Part shown: positions 56,398 through 64,000 of the stretch, piece after piece
Layout of the letters: each line of letters begins with the position of its first letter
Numbering within the stretch: the first letter of the stretch is position 1
DNA from: Myxococcales bacterium
GTDB lineage: Bacteria; Myxococcota_A; Polyangia; Polyangiales; DASUME01
Reading direction: 5' to 3'
Assembly (NCBI GenBank): GCA_047601445.1
Contig: JASGJH010000001.1
Span: 8,224,001-8,288,000 of the forward strand
Length of the DNA: 64,000 nt
Position numbers and translations under genes: made by a program
Notes under the pieces: model-generated
Told to the model about the DNA's origin: nothing
Seen by the model: only the letters and a program-made list of their open reading frames with translations
The model's database searches: none

Positions 56398-56478
56398 CGT
56401 GAGCGTAGCGAACATCGCGGCGGGGTGGGTCCCGGCGCGGCTTTGCCGCGCCGGGCGGGGAGGGCGCGTGCCCTCCCC
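56398..56478 (-). repeat. Structured intergenic repeat, copy E (full, reverse orientation)
   Basis: Reverse complement GGGGAGGGCACGCGCCCTCCCCGCCCGGCGCGGCAAAGCCGCGCCGGGACCCACCCCGCCGCGATGTTCGCTACGCTCACG. Confidence 0.85.
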
Positions 56479-56519
56479 GTTACCTGACAAGTAAGCGATT
56501 GTTCGGCACAATCCCGGCC

Positions 56520-57626
56520 GTGCACAGGCGCCTCTTAACGCTCGTCCTGTGGCTTGCTTGGATGGGGGTTGCGCGCGCGCAGCCGGCACCGAGTGTGCTG
56601 CTCCTGGAACATCCCGGCCTCCGACCGGATCTGTGCGGCGCCTTGCGCATCCAGCTCAGCGGGTTGGCTCAGGTGCGTTGCGAGCGAGAGACCGCCGCGG
56701 TTGCCTTGCCTGCACGCATCGGCGCTGCGGCCGAGCGCGTACGGGGGGGCAAGGCGAAGCTCGGCGTGTTTCTGGAGCGCGATCCGGACCCTGGCTTCGT
56801 GCGCATGTACATCGTCGGTTCCGAAGGCGACCAGGCTGTGCTGGCGGTGGAGAAGATCGAGGATCGCCCGGACGCCGATGTGGATCGAAGCCTGGCCCTC
56901 GAGGTCGCTGCGGCCTTCGAGGCCGTGGCGCGGGTCGAAGCGGCACGCCAGGAGGGTCGCCCTGCGGAGGGAACGCCTGGCCCCGCGCCCACTCCGCTCG
57001 GTGGGGTGCTGGCGCCACCTGGGGCTCCCGCTCCCACGGTCAGAGCGGACCAAGCTCCCGCGGCCGGCGCCGGTCAGGAGGTATCCGCCAGGGAACACGG
57101 CTGGGCGCTATTCGTGGATGTCGGAGGTGGTTTCCGTGTGGACGCAGCCGTTCAGGGGCTGGTGAGCGCTGATCTCGGCTTTTCACGGGTGAGCGCGCGT
57201 ACGCGTCTCGACCTTGGCGTGGGCTTCGAGTTGGGTACCCGCTATCAGCGCAGCCAGGACCAGACCCAAGTGCACGCCTGGGAACGCGGACCCCAGGTGA
57301 CCGCGCGCCTCTTGCGTCGTTGGACCCGCATCGAGCTCGGCGGCGAGCTGGTCATTGGGTGTCCGCTGCTTTCCGCCGAAGGGATCGCCCGCGACGGAAC
57401 GCGCGGCGAGAAGCTCTTGGCATTGCCCTCGCTGGGATTCGGCCTCGATTTTCGAGTGCGGCTGGTGTCGACTGCGTTCTTGCGCTTGAGCCCACGCCTG
57501 GATGTGCCGTTGGTGCACCAGAGTCTCGAGGTGGACGACGTGCAGGTGATGGATTTCCCGCCGCTCGGCGTCACGGTGCCCCTCTCGCTGATCTTCTATC
57601 TCCCGCTCCAGGCGGGGGGAACGTAG
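56520..57626 (+). CDS. Secreted protein with periplasmic domain, Pro-rich linker and probable C-terminal beta-barrel
   Basis: Signal peptide ending ARA-Q, P/A-rich linker, amphipathic beta-strands. Confidence 0.6.
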   Translation: MHRRLLTLVLWLAWMGVARAQPAPSVLLLEHPGLRPDLCGALRIQLSGLAQVRCERETAAVALPARIGAAAERVRGGKAKLGVFLERDPDPGFVRMYIVGSEGDQAVLAVEKIEDRPDADVDRSLALEVAAAFEAVARVEAARQEGRPAEGTPGPAPTPLGGVLAPPGAPAPTVRADQAPAAGAGQEVSAREHGWALFVDVGGGFRVDAAVQGLVSADLGFSRVSARTRLDLGVGFELGTRYQRSQDQTQVHAWERGPQVTARLLRRWTRIELGGELVIGCPLLSAEGIARDGTRGEKLLALPSLGFGLDFRVRLVSTAFLRLSPRLDVPLVHQSLEVDDVQVMDFPPLGVTVPLSLIFYLPLQAGGT

Positions 57627-57635
57627 GATGGAACG

Positions 57636-58442
57636 ATGACTCGCCTCGAGTCTGCACGGCTGCTTTTGATCGCGCTCTGCCTGACGCAGGCCTGCGATCG
57701 CAACACGTTGCTCGCGCGCTCGCACTCCCAGCCCAGCGAAGCGGGTGCGGACGCAGGTCACGAGGATGGAGGCATCCCCACGGACGGCGGGTTCTCCATC
57801 TCGGACGCGGGCGTAGCGATGTGCGGCAAGCTGGTTTGTGCCTGCTCGAACGGAAAAGACGACGACAAGGATGGCCTGACGGATGGCCTGGACGGCGAGT
57901 GCACCGGCGCTTTCGACAATGACGAGGCGAGCTTCGGTACCGGGCGCGAACGCAATCCCAACGCGCGCTGCTTGAACTGCTTTTTCGACGACAACCCGGG
58001 CGCCGGCAACGACGGCTGTCGCATTGCGGCAAGCTGCGCCGTGAACGGTGTAGCTCAGGGGGCTCCGGGGTCGTGCAACACCTGCGAGCCCACGTTGGAA
58101 TGCACCGACCGCTGCCTGTCGCGCACGCCCAACGGCTGTGACTGCTTCGGTTGCTGCGGCGTGCATCTCGACGATGGCAGCGTGGTCAACGTGATGTTGA
58201 GCGCCGAGTGCATGATCAAGGGCAGCAAGCTGAGCGGCTGCCAGTCCTGCGTGCAAAACGAGAGTTGCCTGAATCGCTGCGGGACCTGCGAGCTGTGCCC
58301 GGGTAAGACCGAGTCCGAGTTACCCGCCGAGTGCCGCAACCAGGGCGGGGTCACCTGTGAAGGCGGCCCGGTGTGCTCGACGAACACTCCCTGTGACCTG
58401 GGTCAGTACTGCGGTCTCGGCTGTTGTCTCGACGTGCTCTGA
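57636..58442 (+). CDS. Cys-rich lipoprotein (paralog of 58501..59577)
   Basis: LTQAC lipobox; about 30 Cys; [34 protein letters not shown]. Confidence 0.8.
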   Translation: MTRLESARLLLIALCLTQACDRNTLLARSHSQPSEAGADAGHEDGGIPTDGGFSISDAGVAMCGKLVCACSNGKDDDKDGLTDGLDGECTGAFDNDEASFGTGRERNPNARCLNCFFDDNPGAGNDGCRIAASCAVNGVAQGAPGSCNTCEPTLECTDRCLSRTPNGCDCFGCCGVHLDDGSVVNVMLSAECMIKGSKLSGCQSCVQNESCLNRCGTCELCPGKTESELPAECRNQGGVTCEGGPVCSTNTPCDLGQYCGLGCCLDVL

Positions 58443-58445
58443 GCC

Positions 58446-58487
58446 AAAGAAAAAGGGCCGCCCCTGGAGGGAGCGGCCCATTCGTTT
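58446..58487. terminator. Probable bidirectional terminator between convergent genes
   Basis: AAAGAAAAA-GGGCCGC...GCGGCCC-ATTCGTTT. Confidence 0.65.
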
Positions 58488-58500
58488 ACGCCAGCGTCGA

Positions 58501-59577
58501 TCAGAAGAGGATGACCGGCGTCAGCACGCAGCAGCCGAATGTGCAGGCATAGTCCGCACCGCAGTCCGGCAGGCCGGTGCCGCACAGGGCTTCGCCGTTA
58601 TCGCAGGTGTACGAGGGGGGCGGCGGGGGTGGAGGCGGCGGCGGATTCGTGGTGCCGCCGTCGGGCGAGCCAACCGGGGGCGTGCCAGCGTCGGGCTGGC
58701 TGGCGGGAGGAGGAGGTGTGCAATCGGCCGGCAGGTCGGCGACCGTCTTGCCCGGGCACAGCTCGCAGCGGCCGCACGTGTTGACACAGCTGTCGTTGGG
58801 CACGCACTCCGTGCAGCCCGTGGTCGTGCTGCCTTCGATGTCGCAACCACCGCCGATCAGGATGTTCTTCGTCGAGCCGTCTGGCAGCTTCACGCCGCAG
58901 CAGCCGAAGCAGTCGCAGCCGTTGGGCGTATAGGCCTTGCAGAAGTTCTTGCACATGTCGGTCTGCTCGCAGCTGCTGCAGCTGCCGTGACCACTCGAGG
59001 CGTTGCCCTCGGTCAAGCAGCTGGTGGGCAGGCGGCAGCCATCGTTGCCGGAGCCGGAGTTGCCGTCGAAGAAGCAGTCCTGGCAGGCGTCGTCGCGGTT
59101 GTCGCCCGGCTGGCCTGTCGCGAACGAATCCTCGTCGTTGTCCCAGGCAGCCACGCACTCGGGGTCGGCGAGGTCGCCGCGCCCATCGCCGTCGTTGTCC
59201 TTGCCGTCGGAGCACTGGCAGACGACGTCGCCACACATGAACGGCGTGACGGTCGGGACAGGCGCAGTCGGGGTGCCCGTGCCGGAATCGCCCGTGGGGG
59301 TCGTCGGTAGCGGCTGGTCCACAGTGCCATTGCCGTCGGTGTCCACACCGTCGGAGATTCCGTCGCCGTTGGTGTCGACCGCGGTGCCGTCTGGAATGCC
59401 GTCTCCGTTGAGATCGACCCCCGTGCCCGGCGGCGGCAGCATGCCCTCGCTCTGTGAGCCATCGAGGCTGGCGTCGAGGTCGCCGCCGTCCATTAGCCTA
59501 CCGCCACTTCCACCATCGCCACTGCAGGCAGACAGCACCAACATTGCCGCGACTACCCACTGTGTGTTCTTTGCCAT
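58501..59577 (-). CDS. Cys-rich lipoprotein with DxNGDG Ca-binding repeats and Pro-rich linkers
   Basis: VLSAC lipobox; DLNGDG/DTNGDG/DTDGNG; same Cys scaffold as 57636..58442. Confidence 0.8.
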   Translation of the reverse strand: MAKNTQWVVAAMLVLSACSGDGGSGGRLMDGGDLDASLDGSQSEGMLPPPGTGVDLNGDGIPDGTAVDTNGDGISDGVDTDGNGTVDQPLPTTPTGDSGTGTPTAPVPTVTPFMCGDVVCQCSDGKDNDGDGRGDLADPECVAAWDNDEDSFATGQPGDNRDDACQDCFFDGNSGSGNDGCRLPTSCLTEGNASSGHGSCSSCEQTDMCKNFCKAYTPNGCDCFGCCGVKLPDGSTKNILIGGGCDIEGSTTTGCTECVPNDSCVNTCGRCELCPGKTVADLPADCTPPPPASQPDAGTPPVGSPDGGTTNPPPPPPPPPPSYTCDNGEALCGTGLPDCGADYACTFGCCVLTPVILF

Positions 59578-59703
59578 CCCGCGCTCCTGTTGAGGACTCG
59601 AGTGGCTATCGTGGCCCTGGGGAGCCTGTCGGTTGAAACGCGATCTCCAGCAGGGCCATTTTTTTCTTCAACTGGAGCCTGCCGGGCTGCCACCGTAGGC
59701 GCC

Positions 59704-60531
59704 ATGAATCAGAAAGAACTCGCAATTTCCACGATGGTTCTCGCCCTGGGTGCGCTTGGTTGCAGCAGCGACACCACCGCCCGACAGGGGGCGCTTCCGT
59801 GGGACGATGGCCACACCCAGGTCGTGGGTCCGAACGGGGAGGTTGTCGACGTGGCGACGCCCGAAGGCGATGGCTGCCTCAAGGTGGGCGAGGAGTTCGC
59901 CGACCCGGCCAACTGCATCAAGCCCCAGGACGAGTGCGAGAGCCGCGCGGCCGACGTGCTGCTCGATACCGATGGCAAGGTGCTCGATACCCTGTGCTAC
60001 CCCGCCGAAGGCACCATCTCGGTGGCGCAGCTGGAAGCTTCGGACGGCGGGGTCGCGCAGAACCAGAACAACTCGGTGATTGTGCTCGATTCGAACCCAG
60101 ACGTGGATGTGGCCGGGGACCTGAGCGTCGACGCCAACAACGTATACATCTACGGCGACAGCCCCGACACCTCCGTGGTCGATGGTGACCTCACGCTCGA
60201 CGGCAACAATGCCGTGGTGCGTGGCGTGCGCATCACGGGCGACGTCACGGTGGTAAAGAACGACGCCACCTTCTTTTACTGTGTGATCGAGGGCAACCTG
60301 ACGATCACTGGCAACAACACGGTGATCGCGGGCTGCGACGTGCTGGGCACGCTGACGATCATGGGTAACAACAGCAAGCTGGTCGGCAATCACCTGGTGC
60401 ATGCCCCCGAGATCGACGGCAAGGGCACGCAGTGCGACGCCAACTTGTCGGCGGAGGACAAGGACCAGAGCGGCACGCTCGAGGACAGCGAGCTCGGCGC
60501 GCCCATCCAGTGCGGCGAGAAGGGCAAGTGA
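59704..60531 (+). CDS. Lipoprotein with beta-helix-like repeats
   Basis: ALGC lipobox; repeated (V/I)xG(D/N)LT(I/L)xGNN motifs. Confidence 0.75.
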   Translation: MNQKELAISTMVLALGALGCSSDTTARQGALPWDDGHTQVVGPNGEVVDVATPEGDGCLKVGEEFADPANCIKPQDECESRAADVLLDTDGKVLDTLCYPAEGTISVAQLEASDGGVAQNQNNSVIVLDSNPDVDVAGDLSVDANNVYIYGDSPDTSVVDGDLTLDGNNAVVRGVRITGDVTVVKNDATFFYCVIEGNLTITGNNTVIAGCDVLGTLTIMGNNSKLVGNHLVHAPEIDGKGTQCDANLSAEDKDQSGTLEDSELGAPIQCGEKGK

Positions 60532-60705
60532 GGAACCGCAGCGCTCGGTAGGGGACCTCGAGCGCAAGCCAGGGTGCCAGGTGGAAGGCGTCAGCTGGTG
60601 CGCTGGCTCGCATTCGGGAAGAAGCGCTCACCTGGTGCCGGTTGGCGCTGGAAAGTGAAAATCGCTGGCCCTTACAATATTGAGCTGGGTACCTCGGGGG
60701 GACGA

Positions 60706-62772
60706 ATGCGGAAGCGCATCTTGGCGTTCGGCTTGTTGAGCGCCTGCACCATGTCGGAGCCCTCGCAGAGGTCGGAGCGACCGCCTCTCGTGCAGCGCGT
60801 GGCGCTCGGGGCCCGCGTCGAGCTGCAGCTCACCTGGTGCGACGGTGACGTCCAGCTCGTGCGCTGCTTGCCAGTGATCATCGACGCCATCCTCGAGGCC
60901 GAGGTCGACGAGCCGACCTTCGTGGTCGAAAGCACGCGCGATGAATCGGGGACCTCGTTCATCGCGCTGCGCGCGCAATCCCCGGGCCAGGGCACGCTGC
61001 ACGTGCGCTATCGGGATATTCGGGGCAAGGAGCGCGAAGTCGAGGCTCCGCTGTTGGCCCTGGATCCCGCTTCGGTAAACGTGCAGGTCGAGTGCGAGAC
61101 GCCTGTTGCGAGCATCCCGGTCGGTGCGCCGACTCCCAACAACGTGCCCGCGCTGGCTGCAGGGTCCGCATTCCGCGTCACGGCTTCCGCCCGCACGGCG
61201 GATCAGCAGTACGTGAGCACGGGCGACCTCGAGCTAGTCGACTTCACTCCCTTCGAGGTGCGCAGCCAGGTGGACAACAGTACCCAGCTGACCGCGCCCG
61301 AGGAGCCGGGGCAGTACACCTGGCATACGCGCACGGGCGAAGCGGTTCAGGTGCGTGTCTACGGGCCGCTCGAACAGCAGCTCGTGCTGACGCCGCCAGA
61401 GTCGGGCCGCATGCTGCCGCATCTCGTGCCCACGTTGGGGGATCAGCCTGCGTGCACGCCAGTGGGACCGGTGGTGGTGGCGCTCGAGGTGCTCTCGGGC
61501 GCCTGCCAGGTGGGCGTCGGCGAGGTGGTCTCGTCACAGCCCTTGCCGCTCATGCTGGGCCCCGAAGGGCTGGATTTCGAGGTCTACGGGGAGGGCGAGT
61601 GTGAGATCGGCGCGCGCCTCGGGGACCCCGCGACCGGTTCACGTACGAGCGCCCGCATGACCAAGACGGCGCCGCGGCTCACGCAGCACGAGGGCAGTCC
61701 GCTGGGCCTCGCGCCGGTGAGCATCAACGTGTTCGAGCCGCTGCCCACCGCCAAATGCGACAAGGGCATTACGAATGGCAAGTGCGAGGTGGTGGGCTGG
61801 GGGCCCTTCGTGGTGCCCGACGCCGATTGCATCACGGACGCCGATTGGCGCATTCAGCCCTACGACTCCCAGGGACCCATCGACGATCACGAGTTCGTCG
61901 GCACGCAGCTGACCTTCTCCGTGGAGCTCGGCGTGGTGGTCGGGCCCGGCAAGCTGCTCGGCACCGACACCAACGGTGTGACGCAGGGGCACCGTGCGCC
62001 CATGGATGTCACCTGGAAATACGACGAGCAACTGTTCGGACTACTTAGCTCCCCGGATGATCTGCATGTCGAGATCGGAGCCTGCGTGGCGCCAGCGGGC
62101 GAGACGCGCGTCGCGCAGGTGCGCATCGACTCCGTGGGGCCGCAGCAGATCGAGTTCGAGGCCAGCAACTTGAACGACGAAGGCGAGTTCGACTTCGCCG
62201 CGCGCAAAGTGGACCGCTGCCCGGTGCACGCCAAGATCGACGACGAGGACGTGGCGGGTCCCAGCTGGAAGGCGTTCGCCGGCTCGAGCGCCACGCTATC
62301 GGCCCGCTGCGAGCGCAACGACGGCCTGAAGCTGCGCGGTGATGCCCCCTTGGTCGTCACCAGCGATCGCGACGGAACCGGCGGCACGGTGACCAACAAC
62401 GGGGGGATTTACCTCGGCGCGTCCCGGAGCTCACACCTGGTAGCGCCGACCGTCGGCGCAGGCGAGCAACGCATCGAAGTGGTGGGCCCGGAGGAGGTGA
62501 ACGCGATCACGCTGAGGGGCTGGGTGGCCGCCGAGGAAGACCCCTCCCTGTGGTGCACCTCCGTCGCCACTATGGATGCGGAGAGCCAGGCCATTCACGG
62601 TAGCGGCGATGTTCGCATCGAACTCGCGCTCGACACCGAGGCAGGCTGGGCGGTCGCGCCCGAGTCGCGCTTGCACGAGGTCTGCGTGCGCAAGGTGCAG
62701 CCCGACGCGCGCCCTGCGCGGCTCGAGGCCAAGCTCGGCGTCGGGCGCGCCGAGCTCGAGCTTCCTCAGTAG
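60706..62772 (+). CDS. Large hypothetical lipoprotein (beta-rich)
   Basis: MRKRILAFGLLSAC lipobox; long ORF with GC3-biased codon usage. Confidence 0.65.
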   Translation: MRKRILAFGLLSACTMSEPSQRSERPPLVQRVALGARVELQLTWCDGDVQLVRCLPVIIDAILEAEVDEPTFVVESTRDESGTSFIALRAQSPGQGTLHVRYRDIRGKEREVEAPLLALDPASVNVQVECETPVASIPVGAPTPNNVPALAAGSAFRVTASARTADQQYVSTGDLELVDFTPFEVRSQVDNSTQLTAPEEPGQYTWHTRTGEAVQVRVYGPLEQQLVLTPPESGRMLPHLVPTLGDQPACTPVGPVVVALEVLSGACQVGVGEVVSSQPLPLMLGPEGLDFEVYGEGECEIGARLGDPATGSRTSARMTKTAPRLTQHEGSPLGLAPVSINVFEPLPTAKCDKGITNGKCEVVGWGPFVVPDADCITDADWRIQPYDSQGPIDDHEFVGTQLTFSVELGVVVGPGKLLGTDTNGVTQGHRAPMDVTWKYDEQLFGLLSSPDDLHVEIGACVAPAGETRVAQVRIDSVGPQQIEFEASNLNDEGEFDFAARKVDRCPVHAKIDDEDVAGPSWKAFAGSSATLSARCERNDGLKLRGDAPLVVTSDRDGTGGTVTNNGGIYLGASRSSHLVAPTVGAGEQRIEVVGPEEVNAITLRGWVAAEEDPSLWCTSVATMDAESQAIHGSGDVRIELALDTEAGWAVAPESRLHEVCVRKVQPDARPARLEAKLGVGRAELELPQ

Positions 62773-63671
62773 CAGGGCACGATGCGCGGGCGGGCGCCAT
62801 GCGTCTGTCCCGACTCGCCCGGGCGATACAGCGTGCCATCGGGTTCACGGGGCAGCTCCGGATACTGCTGTCGATAGGTCTGCTGCGTGGCGAGCAGATC
62901 AGCCACCCCCGGCATCAGCTTGGAGGCCGCCGTGGTCAGCATGGCCATCGCGCCCACAGTCACGTCGCGCGTGTGGTGGCAGGCGGCGCGCAGCACGGCC
63001 TCGGCCACGGTGAAAGGTTCGATCTTCGGATCCGGCAGCTTGGGCTCCCGATCCATGTAGTTGCGGGCGTGCTGCGGGTAGGGTGTGTTGACCGCAGTCG
63101 GCTGGATCAGCGTGATGGAGACGGGGGCCTGGTCCACCTTCTCGATCTCGATGCGCAGCGCGTCCGTGAAACCCTTCACCGCGTGCTTCGAGGCCGTGTA
63201 CATGCCCTGCAGCGGCACCACGGCGTCGGAGACCTCGCTGCCGATGTTGATCAGCGCGCCCCCGTGCTCGCTCAGGTGCTCGAGCGCCACCAGAGAACCG
63301 TTGACCACCCCCCAGAAGTTCACGTCGAAGAGCCGCCGATTGTCCTCTTCGTGGATCTCCTTGATGCGGCCATAGATCGAGACACCAGCGTTGTTCACCC
63401 AGGTGTCGATGCGGCCGAAGGTCGCGATGGCTTCACGCGCCACGCGCTCCACTTGCTCGCGGTCCGCTACGTCCGCCACCACGTGCACGGCATCGGCGCC
63501 CAGCTCGTGCAACTGCTCGACGATGCTCTCGAGCGTCTGCTCGCTGCGCGCTGCCAGCACGAGCTTCGCACCACGTTCGGCGGCCAATTTCGCGGTGGCG
63601 AGGCCGATCCCACTCGAGGCACCGGTGATCACCATGACTTGCTCGTTGATCGGCTTCAAATCCGTCGCCAT
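62766..63671 (-). CDS. Short-chain dehydrogenase/reductase
   Basis: ITGASSGIG, VNNAG, YTASKHAVKG. Confidence 0.92.
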   Translation of the reverse strand: MATDLKPINEQVMVITGASSGIGLATAKLAAERGAKLVLAARSEQTLESIVEQLHELGADAVHVVADVADREQVERVAREAIATFGRIDTWVNNAGVSIYGRIKEIHEEDNRRLFDVNFWGVVNGSLVALEHLSEHGGALINIGSEVSDAVVPLQGMYTASKHAVKGFTDALRIEIEKVDQAPVSITLIQPTAVNTPYPQHARNYMDREPKLPDPKIEPFTVAEAVLRAACHHTRDVTVGAMAMLTTAASKLMPGVADLLATQQTYRQQYPELPREPDGTLYRPGESGQTHGARPRIVPCY

Positions 63672-63874
63672 GACGCACGCCCTCCTTTCGAGGTTTGTTG
63701 GAGCGTGTTTCAGGTACGGTAAGCGCCATCTTCCGCGGGGCAATCGTCGCTTTTGCCCCAGCTGGGCGCGAGCGCACGCTGGATTTTTTCACGGGCAAGA
63801 GGCGCTCGTCGTGGGCGTGCTGTGTCCAGTGGGATATCAAGTGCAGGCGCGGTAAAAGGGGGAGCTGCGAGGCA

Positions 63875-64000
63875 TCATGCGCGCGGTGAGCGATGAAACA
63901 GCTCCCTGAGTTCGTCCTTGGCGCGCTCGAGCGTCTTCTTGCGGCTGGGTGGAAGGTTCTTGCCGCCGCGATTGATGTAGAAGTTGAGCATCGACATCGC
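63875..64000 (-). CDS. C-terminal part of a DUF3175-like protein (runs off window)
   Basis: AMSMLNFYINRGGKNLPPSRKKTLERAKDELRELFHRSPRA* matches the remembered family C-terminus. Confidence 0.7.
   Translation of the reverse strand, partial: AMSMLNFYINRGGKNLPPSRKKTLERAKDELRELFHRSPRA

Noticed and set aside
593..63722. Many long antisense or alternate-frame ORFs (e.g. 593..2749+, 4008..5879-, 7250..8764-, 27221..29113-, 43805..45202+, 45514..47358-, 62799..63722+)
   Set aside because: Shadows of real genes caused by high-GC codon bias; no motifs; some cross tRNAs.

Overview
High-GC bacterial chromosome segment. The gene repertoire (many Cys-rich lipoproteins, a TSP3-OmpA protein, a PEGA/TPR protein, an ECF-FecR module, hybrid kinases) points to Myxococcota; this is inference from gene content only. 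Housekeeping and metabolic genes: moaA, tyrS, leuA, an acyl-CoA synthetase, a GlnA-family ligase, a bluB-cobT fusion, a GH15, oxidoreductases, tRNA-Gln(TTG) and tRNA-Arg(TCT). The standout is 47.8-53.8 kb. Five tandem paralogous 62-66 aa peptide genes with double-glycine leaders follow a candidate sigma-54 promoter, and are followed by two membrane-fusion proteins and an intact C39-peptidase ABC exporter. No modification enzyme or recognisable immunity gene is present. The cores are Asn-rich, Pro-free, mostly non-cationic and have a 12-13 residue periodicity, which suggests a type I-secreted functional amyloid or surface-coat system rather than a classical bacteriocin or RiPP (hypothesis). Other notable items: an unannotated Leu(CTA)-rich leader peptide upstream of leuA, a dispersed ~80-nt structured intergenic repeat with a compensatory base change (5 copies), a TerB-like/WcaJ fusion with a 1-nt frameshift, tandem paralogous lipoproteins at the tRNA-Arg 3' end, and convergent paralogous Cys-rich lipoproteins beside an ECF/anti-sigma pair. 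All calls come from manual motif reading; no database searches were run.
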